Shown: positions 1 through 9,349 of the stretch, piece after piece
Position numbering within the stretch: the first letter of the stretch is position 1
Layout of the letters: every line of letters starts with the position of its first letter
From: Bacteroidota bacterium
GTDB lineage: Bacteria; Bacteroidota; Ignavibacteria; UBA10030; UBA6906
Reading direction: 5' to 3'
DNA: 64,000 nt
Assembly (NCBI GenBank): GCA_040756745.1
Contig: JBFLYO010000016.1
Location: forward strand, 8,655 to 72,654
Program-made: the position numbers and the translations under genes
Notes under the pieces: generated by a model
The model's database searches: none
Told to the model about the DNA's origin: nothing
Seen by the model: only the letters and a program-made list of their open reading frames with translations

Positions 1-997
1 CCCCTTCTCTTGCCTTCTTTATCCAGTCGCGGAGGTGTTTGCAGCTTTCGCTCTCGAAGGTCATGTTGGAGAGCGCGAGCCGCTCGAGCGGATCTGGACG
101 GTTGACATCCTGCTCCCAGCCCCAGCAGCTGGTGCGGAACATCCCGACGTGTCCGCCGAGCTCCTCGAGCCGGCGCTGAACGATCTCTGCGTGACGCGCT
201 TCATCCCATGCCTGATGCGCCATGTCGACTTTCATCTGCCACGGGATATCGGGGCAGTCGGCGAGGATCCGCCCCATTCGTTCCACCGTGATAAACTCAC
301 TGTTCAGCAGATCATGTAGCAGATGCTGCTTTCCTTCCTGGGTGTCGAACGACCAGGTTTTTTCGGTGAACTCCTCCGGGTTCATGATGATATTCCAGCG
401 AGCATCGCGCACCGGCAGGGTGCTGTAGGGATGCGTCTTCCGAAAGGTGTAGGTGCCGCGCGGTTTGCCCTCGCCGAGAATCCCGCCGGCCTCATGCAGA
501 GCCGCAGCAAGCTCCGCCGCGATGGTCGTCCCTCCTGTCAATCGAGCGATGATCTTATTCGCCCATTCGCAGTGATCGTCCTCCTCATCTGCGATGTGTC
601 TCAGGATGTACGCCGTAGGCTCGTCAGCCGGGAGTTCCGCCCGTTCGATGTGCTGACGGTACGCATCAATCAGTGCCGGCTTCAGCACCTGAAAGAGGGC
701 CGCCAACCGGGGGAGATCCCCCTCAAGCTTCCATATCCGTTCGAGCAGTCGAACGACATCATCTCCCGGCGGGATTTCATGAAAATGGGCCGACCGTCCT
801 TTCAGTTCGGGGATCCGCTTCCCGATCAGATCGGCGTGGACCGCGTCCTGGTACATCTGCCGGCCGAAGCCGATCTTGATTTCCGGATCGACGATGGTAT
901 ACGCCCAGCTCCCCATCAACTCCATGAACTGAATCTCGAGATAGCGATACTTTCCCAGAAGCTCGAGATTCTGCCGCACGCTGAGTGTTGTCGCCAT
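1..997 (-). CDS. ferritin-like / DUF455-like domain protein (partial; C-terminus lies beyond window start)
   Basis: The minus-strand frame is open from the ATG at 995-997 to position 1 with no stop. A GGAGGA Shine-Dalgarno (revcomp of ~1003-1008) sits just upstream. The ORF is absent from the track only because it has no in-window stop. Translation MATTLSVRQNLELLGKYRYLEIQFMELMGSWAY...ADEEDDHCEWANKII...AHQAWDEARHAEIV is helix-rich with E/H-containing motifs like the ferritin-like superfamily. Plus-strand ORFs 35..1075 read as its antisense shadow. Confidence 0.45.
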   Translation of the reverse strand, partial: MATTLSVRQNLELLGKYRYLEIQFMELMGSWAYTIVDPEIKIGFGRQMYQDAVHADLIGKRIPELKGRSAHFHEIPPGDDVVRLLERIWKLEGDLPRLAALFQVLKPALIDAYRQHIERAELPADEPTAYILRHIADEEDDHCEWANKIIARLTGGTTIAAELAAALHEAGGILGEGKPRGTYTFRKTHPYSTLPVRDARWNIIMNPEEFTEKTWSFDTQEGKQHLLHDLLNSEFITVERMGRILADCPDIPWQMKVDMAHQAWDEARHAEIVQRRLEELGGHVGMFRTSCWGWEQDVNRPDPLERLALSNMTFESESCKHLRDWIKKAREG

Positions 998-1034
998 AAT
1001 CCTTCCTCCTCTTGTACGACTGCCGGCCGTCACC

Positions 1035-3728
1035 TCATTTGTGTCCGTCGGCCCATCGAATGCGGACCGTCATGATGCCGCACGCCGGGACGCGGAGCGG
1101 GATCGTTGTTCCGTCCTTCGTCTCCAGCACCCCGCGGGGCTCCTCGTTCAGCCCCGCGACCTCCGCCCGGGCGATGGGGTGGGCGAACCGGAGAATCCCT
1201 GCGACCTCGGCGGGTCCGGGATTATAGAGGCGAACGACCGCTCCCGCTCCCTCCTCAGGCTCTTTCAATGCGCTCAGAACGAGCAACCCTCCGCTCACGC
1301 TGCCGAACGAGAATTGCACCGGCTGTGCCGATGCGTGCTTCCGCCGAAAGGCCAGGAGCGGAAGATGGAAACGCTCACTCTCCCGGTGGATCAACTCTCC
1401 CCATGCCGGCGCATCGGGGGAATGTGGCAACACGGCGTACCGAAACGTGTACACGCCCTGGCATTGCGCCTCCGGCGTCTCGTTGTGCCACCCGGCTTTC
1501 CCGCCGGGACGCGTGATGAGATCGTCGCCTGCGAGCAGCCCGACGCACCGGAGCAGTGTGAGTGCGAGAGTCCCCTTTCTGTCCAACTTGAGTTCGTATT
1601 CGGGGAGTCCGTACGCAAAGAGCGTCAGCGCCCGCTGCGGCCCACGGACGGTGATAAACCGCTGCATGGGCGCCACTGCCGCGGGATGCTCGATCGTGAA
1701 CTTCCGGAGATCGTAGCTCTTCTGCTGTCTCTCAACGATACAGAACTGCGAATCGGCCTGCACGCGGTCCGTTTTCACTCCCACAGGGAAGAGCACACGC
1801 AGGCGATGGTCCTTCGCAGAATTCTCAACGGTAGTTGAGAACTCCACGGAGCGGGAGTATGGCGTGATCGACAACTCCGAAGTTATGTGGAGAAGGACCC
1901 GACGGGGGCTGCGGCTCTTCCGGTCGGGGGCCGCTGACGCCGGCACGCGCAGGGTCACCTCGACGCGCAGCGACGCACGCAGCGGGCCCTCCTCGATCCG
2001 CTGGATCTTCGCTTTTCCCACTTTCGAGAGCTGCGTCGAGTCCTGTTTGGGGTACGAATAGTTGTACTCATCCCCAACGTCCCCTGAATCCTCGAACACA
2101 TTGAGGCCGGAGTATTCTGTCCCTCTCAGTTTGTCGCGCACCGTCACTTCGCCGCGTCCGTTGACCTCCACGCGCAGAAACTCGTTCTCAAGGAAACGCG
2201 ATCCCGACGAGAGTCGCTGTGCGGGGTGGGCAAAACCTTTCTTTCGATCAATCCTCAGCCCCTTGAAACCAAGCGGAGGGATGTCGCGCGCATCGACCAG
2301 AAGCGTGAATGAGTCGGCCCAAGTCTGTTTCGGGTAGTTGAAGCGGTTGTAGGAGATGTCGTGTACCTCCTCCCGCCTCACGATCTGATACGGCACCTGG
2401 TTGCCGGCAGGATCGACGAGCGCAAAGCCAGCAGCACGCGGCAGCTTCGGCACGGTCTTTACGTCCGGGTTCAATCCTACGACGATGTCCTGCAAATAGA
2501 AGCGGGCCTCCGCTTCGGCGATCTCGGAGCGATGGAACGCCGACGGGTTATAGAAATAGAGGAATCGGTCATCCTTCGCCGCACGTTCGTCCTCGGGCAC
2601 CAACGCTCCCAGACTGAGATCGACCACCGAGTTCGCAATCTGATCCGACGCCGCGAATCGCGTCATCATCTCCCTGTGCACGGCGTCGATGCTGCAGCCG
2701 CAGATGCTGTCATGCGTGTGGTTCTGCATGAGCGTTCGCCAGGCCTTGCGGACGAGCGGGGCCTGGGACTTCAGTCCCATAGCCGTTGCCATCGCGCTCA
2801 GGGGCTCCGCGTAGCGCTGGAGAAGATTCTGCGATTTCCAGTTGGCCTGCTTGATATACATGCGGCTCGAATACACGCCGCCGAGCACAGCGAAGGCGTA
2901 ACGATAGCCGAAGCGCAGCTCGCCGTTGATTTCGGCCAGCCCGCTGGCCTCCCCTTTTACCGCATCGACGTACTGCTGGACGGAGCTGTGGAGGAAGCGT
3001 CCCTGGAAGTTCTTCCGGAGCAGCTCGAGGGTTTCGGGCAGTCGGGGATCGGGCCAGTGGTGGTCCCCGCCGTTCATCAGGAGCCGGTGGCTGGTCGTCG
3101 CGCGCGCGTCCAGCTCCGCCTTCAGTGCGTCGAACCGACGGACGATCTCCTCGTCGGGTTCATCGTGGAAATACCCGGCGCTGTAGCCGTTGCTATAGAG
3201 GTGCACCATCAGCACTCTAGACCCGTCGGGCGATCGCCACCAGTATTCCGATGTCTTCTGATCCGCCTCTCCACCGAAGCCGCGATAGACAAGCGCCGAA
3301 TCGATGCCGAACCCACGAAGGACTGCGGGCATCATTGCGATGTGCCCGAACGAATCGGGGATATACCCAACGGCCATTCCTCCGCCGAATGCACGGGCCA
3401 TCCGCGTACCGACGAGAAGGTTCCGGACGGTCGCTTCCGCGCTGACGAGGAACTCATCGGGGAGGATGTACCACGGCCCCGTCGCCAATCGCCCCGTAGC
3501 AATCAGCTTTCGCAATTCGTGCTCCCGCTCGGGACGGACCGCAAGATAATCCTCCAGCACGATCGTCTGCCCGTCGAGCGTGAAGCACCGGAAATTCTTC
3601 TCCCGCTGCAGCAGATCGAGGAGATCGTCCACCATGTTCACCAGCATGGCGCGGAACTGCTGGAAGCTCTTGTACCATTCCCGGTCCCAGTGGGAATGCG
3701 AGACAATATGATAGGTCGGCGGTGTCAT
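1035..3728 (-). CDS. glycoside hydrolase family 38 alpha-mannosidase
   Basis: ORF 1035..3959 trimmed to Met78 (MTPPTYHIVSHSHWDREW...). The HSHWDREW motif is the GH38 N-terminal metal/catalytic signature, and the rest of the ~900 aa is GH38-like (DSFGH, large central and C-terminal beta domains). ATG at 3726-3728 overlaps the upstream PfkB stop (ATGA). The upstream 77 aa of the ORF are Arg/Cys-rich and overlap the preceding gene. Confidence 0.85.
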   Translation of the reverse strand: MTPPTYHIVSHSHWDREWYKSFQQFRAMLVNMVDDLLDLLQREKNFRCFTLDGQTIVLEDYLAVRPEREHELRKLIATGRLATGPWYILPDEFLVSAEATVRNLLVGTRMARAFGGGMAVGYIPDSFGHIAMMPAVLRGFGIDSALVYRGFGGEADQKTSEYWWRSPDGSRVLMVHLYSNGYSAGYFHDEPDEEIVRRFDALKAELDARATTSHRLLMNGGDHHWPDPRLPETLELLRKNFQGRFLHSSVQQYVDAVKGEASGLAEINGELRFGYRYAFAVLGGVYSSRMYIKQANWKSQNLLQRYAEPLSAMATAMGLKSQAPLVRKAWRTLMQNHTHDSICGCSIDAVHREMMTRFAASDQIANSVVDLSLGALVPEDERAAKDDRFLYFYNPSAFHRSEIAEAEARFYLQDIVVGLNPDVKTVPKLPRAAGFALVDPAGNQVPYQIVRREEVHDISYNRFNYPKQTWADSFTLLVDARDIPPLGFKGLRIDRKKGFAHPAQRLSSGSRFLENEFLRVEVNGRGEVTVRDKLRGTEYSGLNVFEDSGDVGDEYNYSYPKQDSTQLSKVGKAKIQRIEEGPLRASLRVEVTLRVPASAAPDRKSRSPRRVLLHITSELSITPYSRSVEFSTTVENSAKDHRLRVLFPVGVKTDRVQADSQFCIVERQQKSYDLRKFTIEHPAAVAPMQRFITVRGPQRALTLFAYGLPEYELKLDRKGTLALTLLRCVGLLAGDDLITRPGGKAGWHNETPEAQCQGVYTFRYAVLPHSPDAPAWGELIHRESERFHLPLLAFRRKHASAQPVQFSFGSVSGGLLVLSALKEPEEGAGAVVRLYNPGPAEVAGILRFAHPIARAEVAGLNEEPRGVLETKDGTTIPLRVPACGIMTVRIRWADGHK

Positions 3729-4687
3729 GAGTGCAGATATGTATGCAGCGGCCGGACGGCAGTGGAAGCACCCACCGCGGTCAGACTCGAAGCGGCGACG
3801 GCGTTGCCGAGCCGGGCTGCCGCAAATGGATCCAGAGTATTCAACATTCCTGCGAGGAATCCGGCAATGAACGCATCCCCCGCACCGGTCGCATCGACCA
3901 CCCGGCGCACGCGGCGAACGGCGATCCGCTTCGTCTTCCCACTCACCGACACGATACAACCGTCTGCGCCAAGCTTCACGCCAACCACACCGGTAGCGCC
4001 TGCGGCACGGAAGGCCCGGATCATGTCCGCCGGCTCTTTCTTCCCCGTCATCGCTTTCGCCTCGTCATAGCTCGGGATGAAGAAATCCACGTGCGGGAGA
4101 AACGACGCAAGCGTTGCATCATCTTTCCGGGGATTGCCTGCAGTATCAAGAAGGATTGCCATTCCGGTCTTCTGCTTCACTGCACGGAAGAGACGGCCAA
4201 GATGCTCGTCGCACTCCGGAAGGAGGCCAAAGTATCCGAACGCCAGGATCCTCCCCCGCCGGACGATGTCCATCTGTTCCAGCACATCCTCGACGCGGAA
4301 GTTTTCCATGCATCCTCGGGCATGGAAAAAAGTCCGCTCGCCTGACCGGTCCACCGCGACTACCGTTGCAGAAGTCTGCTTCCTGTCGTCAACGACAAGC
4401 CCCCCGATCATGATGCCACTCATCTCCAGCCGGCTGCGGACAAATCCCCCGATGCTGTCGTTCCCCACCCGGCTTACCGCGCCGACCTTGAACCCGAGCT
4501 GGACGAGGTCGATGCCGACGTTGGGGACGTTCCCCCCTGTCGTCATGGTAATGGTCTCCACGGGCTCCAGTCCTCCGCGTTTCGGCGGACGGCGCAGGTT
4601 CAGGGGGCGCCCGATGATATCCACAACCGACAACCCCGCAACAATCACATCCAGGTCACGCAGCGGAGAAAGGGGAGGGATGTTCAT
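3725..4687 (-). CDS. PfkB-family carbohydrate kinase (ribokinase-like)
   Basis: 320 aa. N-terminal GG box (VIVAGLSVVDII) and C-terminal DATGAGDAF anion-hole motif are typical of the ribokinase/PfkB family. Confidence 0.85.
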   Translation of the reverse strand: MNIPPLSPLRDLDVIVAGLSVVDIIGRPLNLRRPPKRGGLEPVETITMTTGGNVPNVGIDLVQLGFKVGAVSRVGNDSIGGFVRSRLEMSGIMIGGLVVDDRKQTSATVVAVDRSGERTFFHARGCMENFRVEDVLEQMDIVRRGRILAFGYFGLLPECDEHLGRLFRAVKQKTGMAILLDTAGNPRKDDATLASFLPHVDFFIPSYDEAKAMTGKKEPADMIRAFRAAGATGVVGVKLGADGCIVSVSGKTKRIAVRRVRRVVDATGAGDAFIAGFLAGMLNTLDPFAAARLGNAVAASSLTAVGASTAVRPLHTYLHS

Positions 4688-4688
4688 A

Positions 4689-6512
4689 TCATTCGGTCAC
4701 CATGAGTGATTTGATATCCAGGATCCGTTTCGCGTTGCCGTGCCGCATTGTGAGCATCTGGCTCCCCACCTCCGCATTCAGGAACGGCCCGTCGAACAGC
4801 TTCGTCTTTGTGAGGTCGACCGGCCTGCCGTTCAGCCACCGGCCATCCGGGAATGAGAATTTCATCCGGTCCCCTCCCAGCGTTGTGTAGGTGACGCTCA
4901 CGGATCCCGGCTTCAGCACCGCAACCGGCGTCCGCTTTCGAAGTGCTGCGCAGAACGAGGTGAACGACCCGATTTCCTCTTTTGAGCGAACTTCGATCAC
5001 GTATCCGTTGTGTGGCTTGTAGCTGCGAAACCTCCAGTTGCCTTCCCGGGCACTGCGCGGAATGTCCGTCGGTCTGCCGATCGAGTTCTTCACCTGACCG
5101 GTGGCGATTCCCTCCTCGCTCCATTCTCCCGGCTGAAGCGGATACCATCCGACGTACGTATCGCCGGCTTTGCAGAGGATCCAGCCCGATGGGTCGAGGA
5201 TGCGCTCCTCCAGATTGCGCGGGAAGAATCCGTCGATATGCTCCGTCGTCGTCCCCGGCGGGATGTCATACAGCACCAGCAGCGTATTCTTGTGCTGGAA
5301 CGTCCGCTCGTACGGTGATCCGCCAGTCCACTTGTCCCGATTGTTGTATGTGCTCTTGGAGCCAACCACGTCGGCCATCAGCGGTTTGATCTCCTCCGGG
5401 AAAAACATCCCGAGCTCCAGGCTTGACCAGTACGGATGGAGGCCGAAGATCGTCGTGTAGGGCCGCCCGTAGGTGTACCGCACTCCCCACGTGTGCTGTT
5501 GGATCGGCTGGAGTATTCCTCCCTGCAATGATCCGATGCCGTAGTCCTTTGTGACGTATGTGTATTTGTACACAGGAGGGTTCTTATCCGTGCCGAACCT
5601 GATGACGTTTCTGACCCGCTTCCGTTCCCGGTGGACGTAGGGCCTCGAGCGGTCGGTCGCAATATCATAGATGATCTTCGGCATGCGGTACTCGCCAAGA
5701 GCCGGGAGAAGCGCCCAGACGGACTGCGACGGCTCCCCGGTTCCAAAGTAGAGGTAAGCGAACGCCGATGCGCCCGAAAGCAGCGGCTTGTACACCGCCG
5801 GCTGATAGATCCGGCTAAACCCTCCGAGGTACTGTCCATCAAGATGCTCTGCGGCGAAGTCAGCCAGCAGGTAATCCATCATCATGGTACCCCGCTGTTT
5901 CATTGCGGCATCCTGCGCGAAATCGGCTAGGAGCGACATCGAAACGACGTACTCGGGGAAGTAATCCGGCGAGTCGAACTCCCCCTGCCCGATCGTCGTC
6001 GTGATCGTGATCCAGTGGATCAGATATTCTTTTGCCTCCTCCCTATTCTCATCGGAGCTCTTGCCGTTATACCATTCGGATCCCGGCAGGCCGGGCCACT
6101 GTTCTGCCGCAAGATAGAGCGTGGAGTAATACATCGCCCAGTGGTTCTCGGTATCTCCGCGGTATGGGGCGTAGGTCTTCCACGCGTTGCGCACGACCGC
6201 TCGGGTCTCGGGGGACATCACGTCTTTGCCGTGCAGATACGCGCCGATGCATGGGAACATCCAAAACATGTCGCCCCGCGGCTCCCGCAGCATTGCGGAG
6301 AAGATACTGTCCGCCGTCCGGATGTCAGCGCGGTGGGCGTACCTGGCTGCGGCAGCATAATAGCCGCCGGTCAGCGACGTGTCGTATGCCGATGACAGGT
6401 AACGGACTCGCTGCGCGAATCCTTCAAGATACTTCTCGCGCTCACTCTGGCCGGCATTGAGACCGGAGGATACCGTGACGAGGGCAATTGCGACGGCGAG
6501 TGCGTTTCTCAT
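4689..6512 (-). CDS. secreted hypothetical protein, paralog A1 (possible polysaccharide-lyase-like fold)
   Basis: 607 aa with a signal peptide (MRNALAVAIALVTVSSGLNAG). It is clearly paralogous to ORF 7554..9341, sharing YRGDTENHW, GQGEFDSP, RVRNVIRFG, NPPVYKY and QGGILQPIQQHTW blocks. The helix-rich N-terminal half and the adjacent N-H-x-W motif loosely resemble PL15/PL17/heparinase-type lyases; this is speculative. Confidence 0.6.
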   Translation of the reverse strand: MRNALAVAIALVTVSSGLNAGQSEREKYLEGFAQRVRYLSSAYDTSLTGGYYAAAARYAHRADIRTADSIFSAMLREPRGDMFWMFPCIGAYLHGKDVMSPETRAVVRNAWKTYAPYRGDTENHWAMYYSTLYLAAEQWPGLPGSEWYNGKSSDENREEAKEYLIHWITITTTIGQGEFDSPDYFPEYVVSMSLLADFAQDAAMKQRGTMMMDYLLADFAAEHLDGQYLGGFSRIYQPAVYKPLLSGASAFAYLYFGTGEPSQSVWALLPALGEYRMPKIIYDIATDRSRPYVHRERKRVRNVIRFGTDKNPPVYKYTYVTKDYGIGSLQGGILQPIQQHTWGVRYTYGRPYTTIFGLHPYWSSLELGMFFPEEIKPLMADVVGSKSTYNNRDKWTGGSPYERTFQHKNTLLVLYDIPPGTTTEHIDGFFPRNLEERILDPSGWILCKAGDTYVGWYPLQPGEWSEEGIATGQVKNSIGRPTDIPRSAREGNWRFRSYKPHNGYVIEVRSKEEIGSFTSFCAALRKRTPVAVLKPGSVSVTYTTLGGDRMKFSFPDGRWLNGRPVDLTKTKLFDGPFLNAEVGSQMLTMRHGNAKRILDIKSLMVTE

Positions 6513-6522
6513 GTTCTTCCGA

Positions 6523-7557
6523 TCAAAAAGGTTGAATCACCATGCTCCAGACCTCCGACCCTTCGAGCCCGATGCAGCGCCATGGCTCCCCATCATAGGA
6601 TTCGAAAACGCCCCCCCACATCGTTCCGGCGAACACTCGCCTGCCGTCCGTGGGGTCGACCGCTATCGCGTGGATATTCAGTTGTGTGAGTCCGTCGTTT
6701 ATACGCATCCAGCTCCGCGCGCCATCCGTTGATCGGTACACGCCCGTGATATATCCCCCTGCGTACACGGTGTCCGGATGGTTCGGATCGAATGTCACTG
6801 CATAGAAGGTCGGGTGATCCATGCCCGCTTCGCTTCTGTCCCAGCTCTTCCCTCCGTTGCGCGACACGTAAACGCCGAATTCCTCGGTCCCGGCAATCAG
6901 GACTGATGGATTCGTCGGGTGTTGCGCGACAACGCGCACGCCGGGAACGCTGAGTGCCGAATGAGTCCAGCGGATCCCCCCGTTGCTGCTCTCATACAAT
7001 CCCCCTTCGGTGGCACAGTACACTCTCCCCCGCGTAAACCGGTCGGGGAGTACGCATGTCACAAACTTCTCCTGTAGCCCCGCATTCATCTCGTTCCACG
7101 TCGCGCAGCCATCCGTCGATTTGAACACGCCGTACGCGGTCGCGCAATAGACTGTCCGGAAGTCGTGCGGATCCGGAGCAACGCCGAGCACCTCGGTGAT
7201 GTTCCAGCCGGTGGTGATTTTCCAGGAGGAGCCGCCATCAGTGGACTTGTGGACCCCATTGCCGGATGCAACATAGATTGTCTTGCCTGAGTCGTTTGGC
7301 GGCACGGCGACTCCGAACGCGCGGATGTTGACCGCTCCCGTATGCTCCCAGGCGGAGTCCCCTGCGGTGTACCGGTAAAAGACGCCCGTCTGTGGGTTTG
7401 CAGCGCCGACGACGAAGAGCTTTGTCGCGACAACGGATACATACAGCGTGGAGCGCTGGGAGAGCAAGGGCGCAGAGAGGAACAGCGTCAGAGCAAGGAG
7501 GAGAGTGAGATTGAGATTAAGATTGCGATTGAGGAGCAAAGGTCTCATCACGATCAC
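6523..7557 (-). CDS. BNR/Asp-box repeat beta-propeller protein (Ycf48/sortilin-like), paralog B1
   Basis: 344 aa with about six S-x-D-x-G-x-x-W Asp-box repeats (STDGGSSW, STDGCATW, SSNGGIRW, SRNGGKSW, STDGARSW, SYDGEPW). Signal peptide present. ATG at 7557 overlaps the upstream stop (ATGA). Paralog of 9350..10348. Confidence 0.65.
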   Translation of the reverse strand: MIVMRPLLLNRNLNLNLTLLLALTLFLSAPLLSQRSTLYVSVVATKLFVVGAANPQTGVFYRYTAGDSAWEHTGAVNIRAFGVAVPPNDSGKTIYVASGNGVHKSTDGGSSWKITTGWNITEVLGVAPDPHDFRTVYCATAYGVFKSTDGCATWNEMNAGLQEKFVTCVLPDRFTRGRVYCATEGGLYESSNGGIRWTHSALSVPGVRVVAQHPTNPSVLIAGTEEFGVYVSRNGGKSWDRSEAGMDHPTFYAVTFDPNHPDTVYAGGYITGVYRSTDGARSWMRINDGLTQLNIHAIAVDPTDGRRVFAGTMWGGVFESYDGEPWRCIGLEGSEVWSMVIQPF

Positions 7558-9341
7558 TTCTCGTGAATTGTCACTGTGTTGAAGTCGAGCACACGGGTGA
7601 GCCCGCCGGCAGTGAGTGTGATGACGCCGCTCTTGAGCGTGCTGTTGATGAAGGGGCCCCGGTAAAACCCGTATGTGCTAAAGGAGATGGGATGGCCATT
7701 CAGCAGCCGGGCGCCGTCGAACTGGAATTCCATCCTGTCGCGATGGCGGGTCGTGTATAAGACTGCCGGCCGACCCCCGGTCAGTGAGAAGCTGGGGACA
7801 GATTTCTTCAGCTTCGCGCAAAATGTGGCAAACGAGGCATCTTCTGCCGCAGAGCCCGCTTCGAGCACGATGCCGTTCTTCAGTTCATGGCTGCGCCACC
7901 GCCAGTTGTCACCCTCCCTGATCCACTCGTATTTTTTCAGGGGGAAGAATCCCACGTACGTCTCGCCTGCACGGCAGAAGATCCAGCCCGACGGATCGGT
8001 CGTCCGTTCGTCGAGATTGCCCGGGAAGAAACCATCGATATGCTGCTGCAATGCCGCCGGCGCAATATTGTACAACACAATGATCGCGTTCCTGTGCTGA
8101 AACGTCTGTTCGTACGGCGAGCTCGAGTTCCATTTGTCCGGGCTTGTATACACCTTATGGTAGCGGTCCACTTCACCGGAGAGAAACTTGATCTCCTCCG
8201 GGAAGAACATCGCCAGCTCCCGTCCACTGTAGAACGGGTGGAGCGTGAAGATGGTATTGTTCGGTTTACCGGAGACAAAGGTGACGTCCCAGGTATGCTG
8301 CTGGATCGGCTGGAGGATCCCCCCCTGCAGTGACCCGAGCGCGTAGTTCGAGGTCATGTAGAGATATTTATAGACGGGAGGGTTGACTTGCTTTCCGAAC
8401 CGGATGATGTTCCGTACCCGTTTTGTTTCGTAGTGGACGTACGGCTTCGACCTGTCGAGCGCGATCCGCTCGATCACAGGGGGAAGCCGGTAGCTGCTGA
8501 GCGCGCCGAAGACTGACTCCCACGATCCGCGGTAACGGGGGCGGAAGCGCGCGTCGTCCCACCGCTCCTCTGCCGGTTCCCCGAAGTAGAGCCAGGTAAC
8601 GCGGGTCATCGGCGCACCGAGTGGGTTGATGATGTCCTCAGGATAGTCCCTGCTATGTCCCCCGCAGTAGTTGCCCATCAGGTGATCCACGGCCACGTCC
8701 GCGAAGAGGAGATCGAGGGTCATCTGTGCCCGACGTTTCATGACCGTGTCGGCAGCGAAGTCATACAGCACCAGCAACGGTGCGATGAAGACTGTCATGT
8801 AGGTGGGCGAATCGAATTCCCCCTGGCCGATCGTCGCCGTCGTCATCATCCACCGGGTGAGCCATTCTTCCGCCTCACGGAAATTCTCCGTCGAGCTCCG
8901 TCCATTGAACCACCGTGTGCCGTCCTCGCCCGGCCACGTCTGCGCCGCAAGGTAGATGCCGCTGTAATAGGTGACCCAATGGTTCTCCGTATCGCCGCGG
9001 TACATCGTCCGCAGCCGGTAGGCATCGCGTACCTTGCGGTGCAGCGAATCGGGAAGATGGCTCCGGGAATGGAGATAGGTCCCGATGAGGGTGTAGGAGT
9101 AGAAATTGCCGCCCACCGCCTTATCAATCGTCATAGAATCGAGCATCCGGTAGGCGGTGGCGGTGTCGCGACGCGTCGCCAGCTTTGCTGCAATGGAATA
9201 GAAGCTCCGCTCCTGTTCCCCGCTCACCACGTCGAGCAGCCGCCTGCACCGCGCCTCAGACCCGTCGGCGCCGACCGCGGTACCGGATGCGGCAGTAACG
9301 ATGAACAACACTAGGTATACAATTTTTAACTTACCATCCTT
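7554..9341 (-). CDS. secreted hypothetical protein, paralog A2
   Basis: ORF 7554..9410 trimmed to Met24 (MKDGKLKIVYLVLFIVTAASGTAVGA, a canonical signal peptide). Strong homology to 4689..6512 along the whole length. Confidence 0.6.
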   Translation of the reverse strand, partial: KDGKLKIVYLVLFIVTAASGTAVGADGSEARCRRLLDVVSGEQERSFYSIAAKLATRRDTATAYRMLDSMTIDKAVGGNFYSYTLIGTYLHSRSHLPDSLHRKVRDAYRLRTMYRGDTENHWVTYYSGIYLAAQTWPGEDGTRWFNGRSSTENFREAEEWLTRWMMTTATIGQGEFDSPTYMTVFIAPLLVLYDFAADTVMKRRAQMTLDLLFADVAVDHLMGNYCGGHSRDYPEDIINPLGAPMTRVTWLYFGEPAEERWDDARFRPRYRGSWESVFGALSSYRLPPVIERIALDRSKPYVHYETKRVRNIIRFGKQVNPPVYKYLYMTSNYALGSLQGGILQPIQQHTWDVTFVSGKPNNTIFTLHPFYSGRELAMFFPEEIKFLSGEVDRYHKVYTSPDKWNSSSPYEQTFQHRNAIIVLYNIAPAALQQHIDGFFPGNLDERTTDPSGWIFCRAGETYVGFFPLKKYEWIREGDNWRWRSHELKNGIVLEAGSAAEDASFATFCAKLKKSVPSFSLTGGRPAVLYTTRHRDRMEFQFDGARLLNGHPISFSTYGFYRGPFINSTLKSGVITLTAGGLTRVLDFNTVTIHEK

Positions 9342-9349
9342 CATTCGTA

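Noticed and set aside
3729-3959. N-terminal 77-aa extension of the GH38 ORF (and similar extensions of ORFs 10335..13094, 12695..14473, 18599..19840, 21394..22944, 44300..47581, 50979..53861 and 53845..55278)
   Set aside because: The extensions overlap the upstream genes and are Arg/Cys/Pro-rich. Internal starts give canonical signal peptides or ATGA/GTGA coupling with the upstream stop, so internal starts were chosen.
2361-4070. 569-aa plus-strand ORF, plus many other 60-400-aa plus-strand ORFs between 1 and 47 kb (e.g. 323..1075, 11109..12335, 12974..14089, 16103..17125, 26102..27064, 28198..29529, 32311..33528)
   Set aside because: They lie antisense to strongly supported minus-strand genes. 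They have Arg/Pro/Gly-rich low-complexity translations and no motifs. They are the expected stop-codon-poor shadows of high-GC coding DNA.
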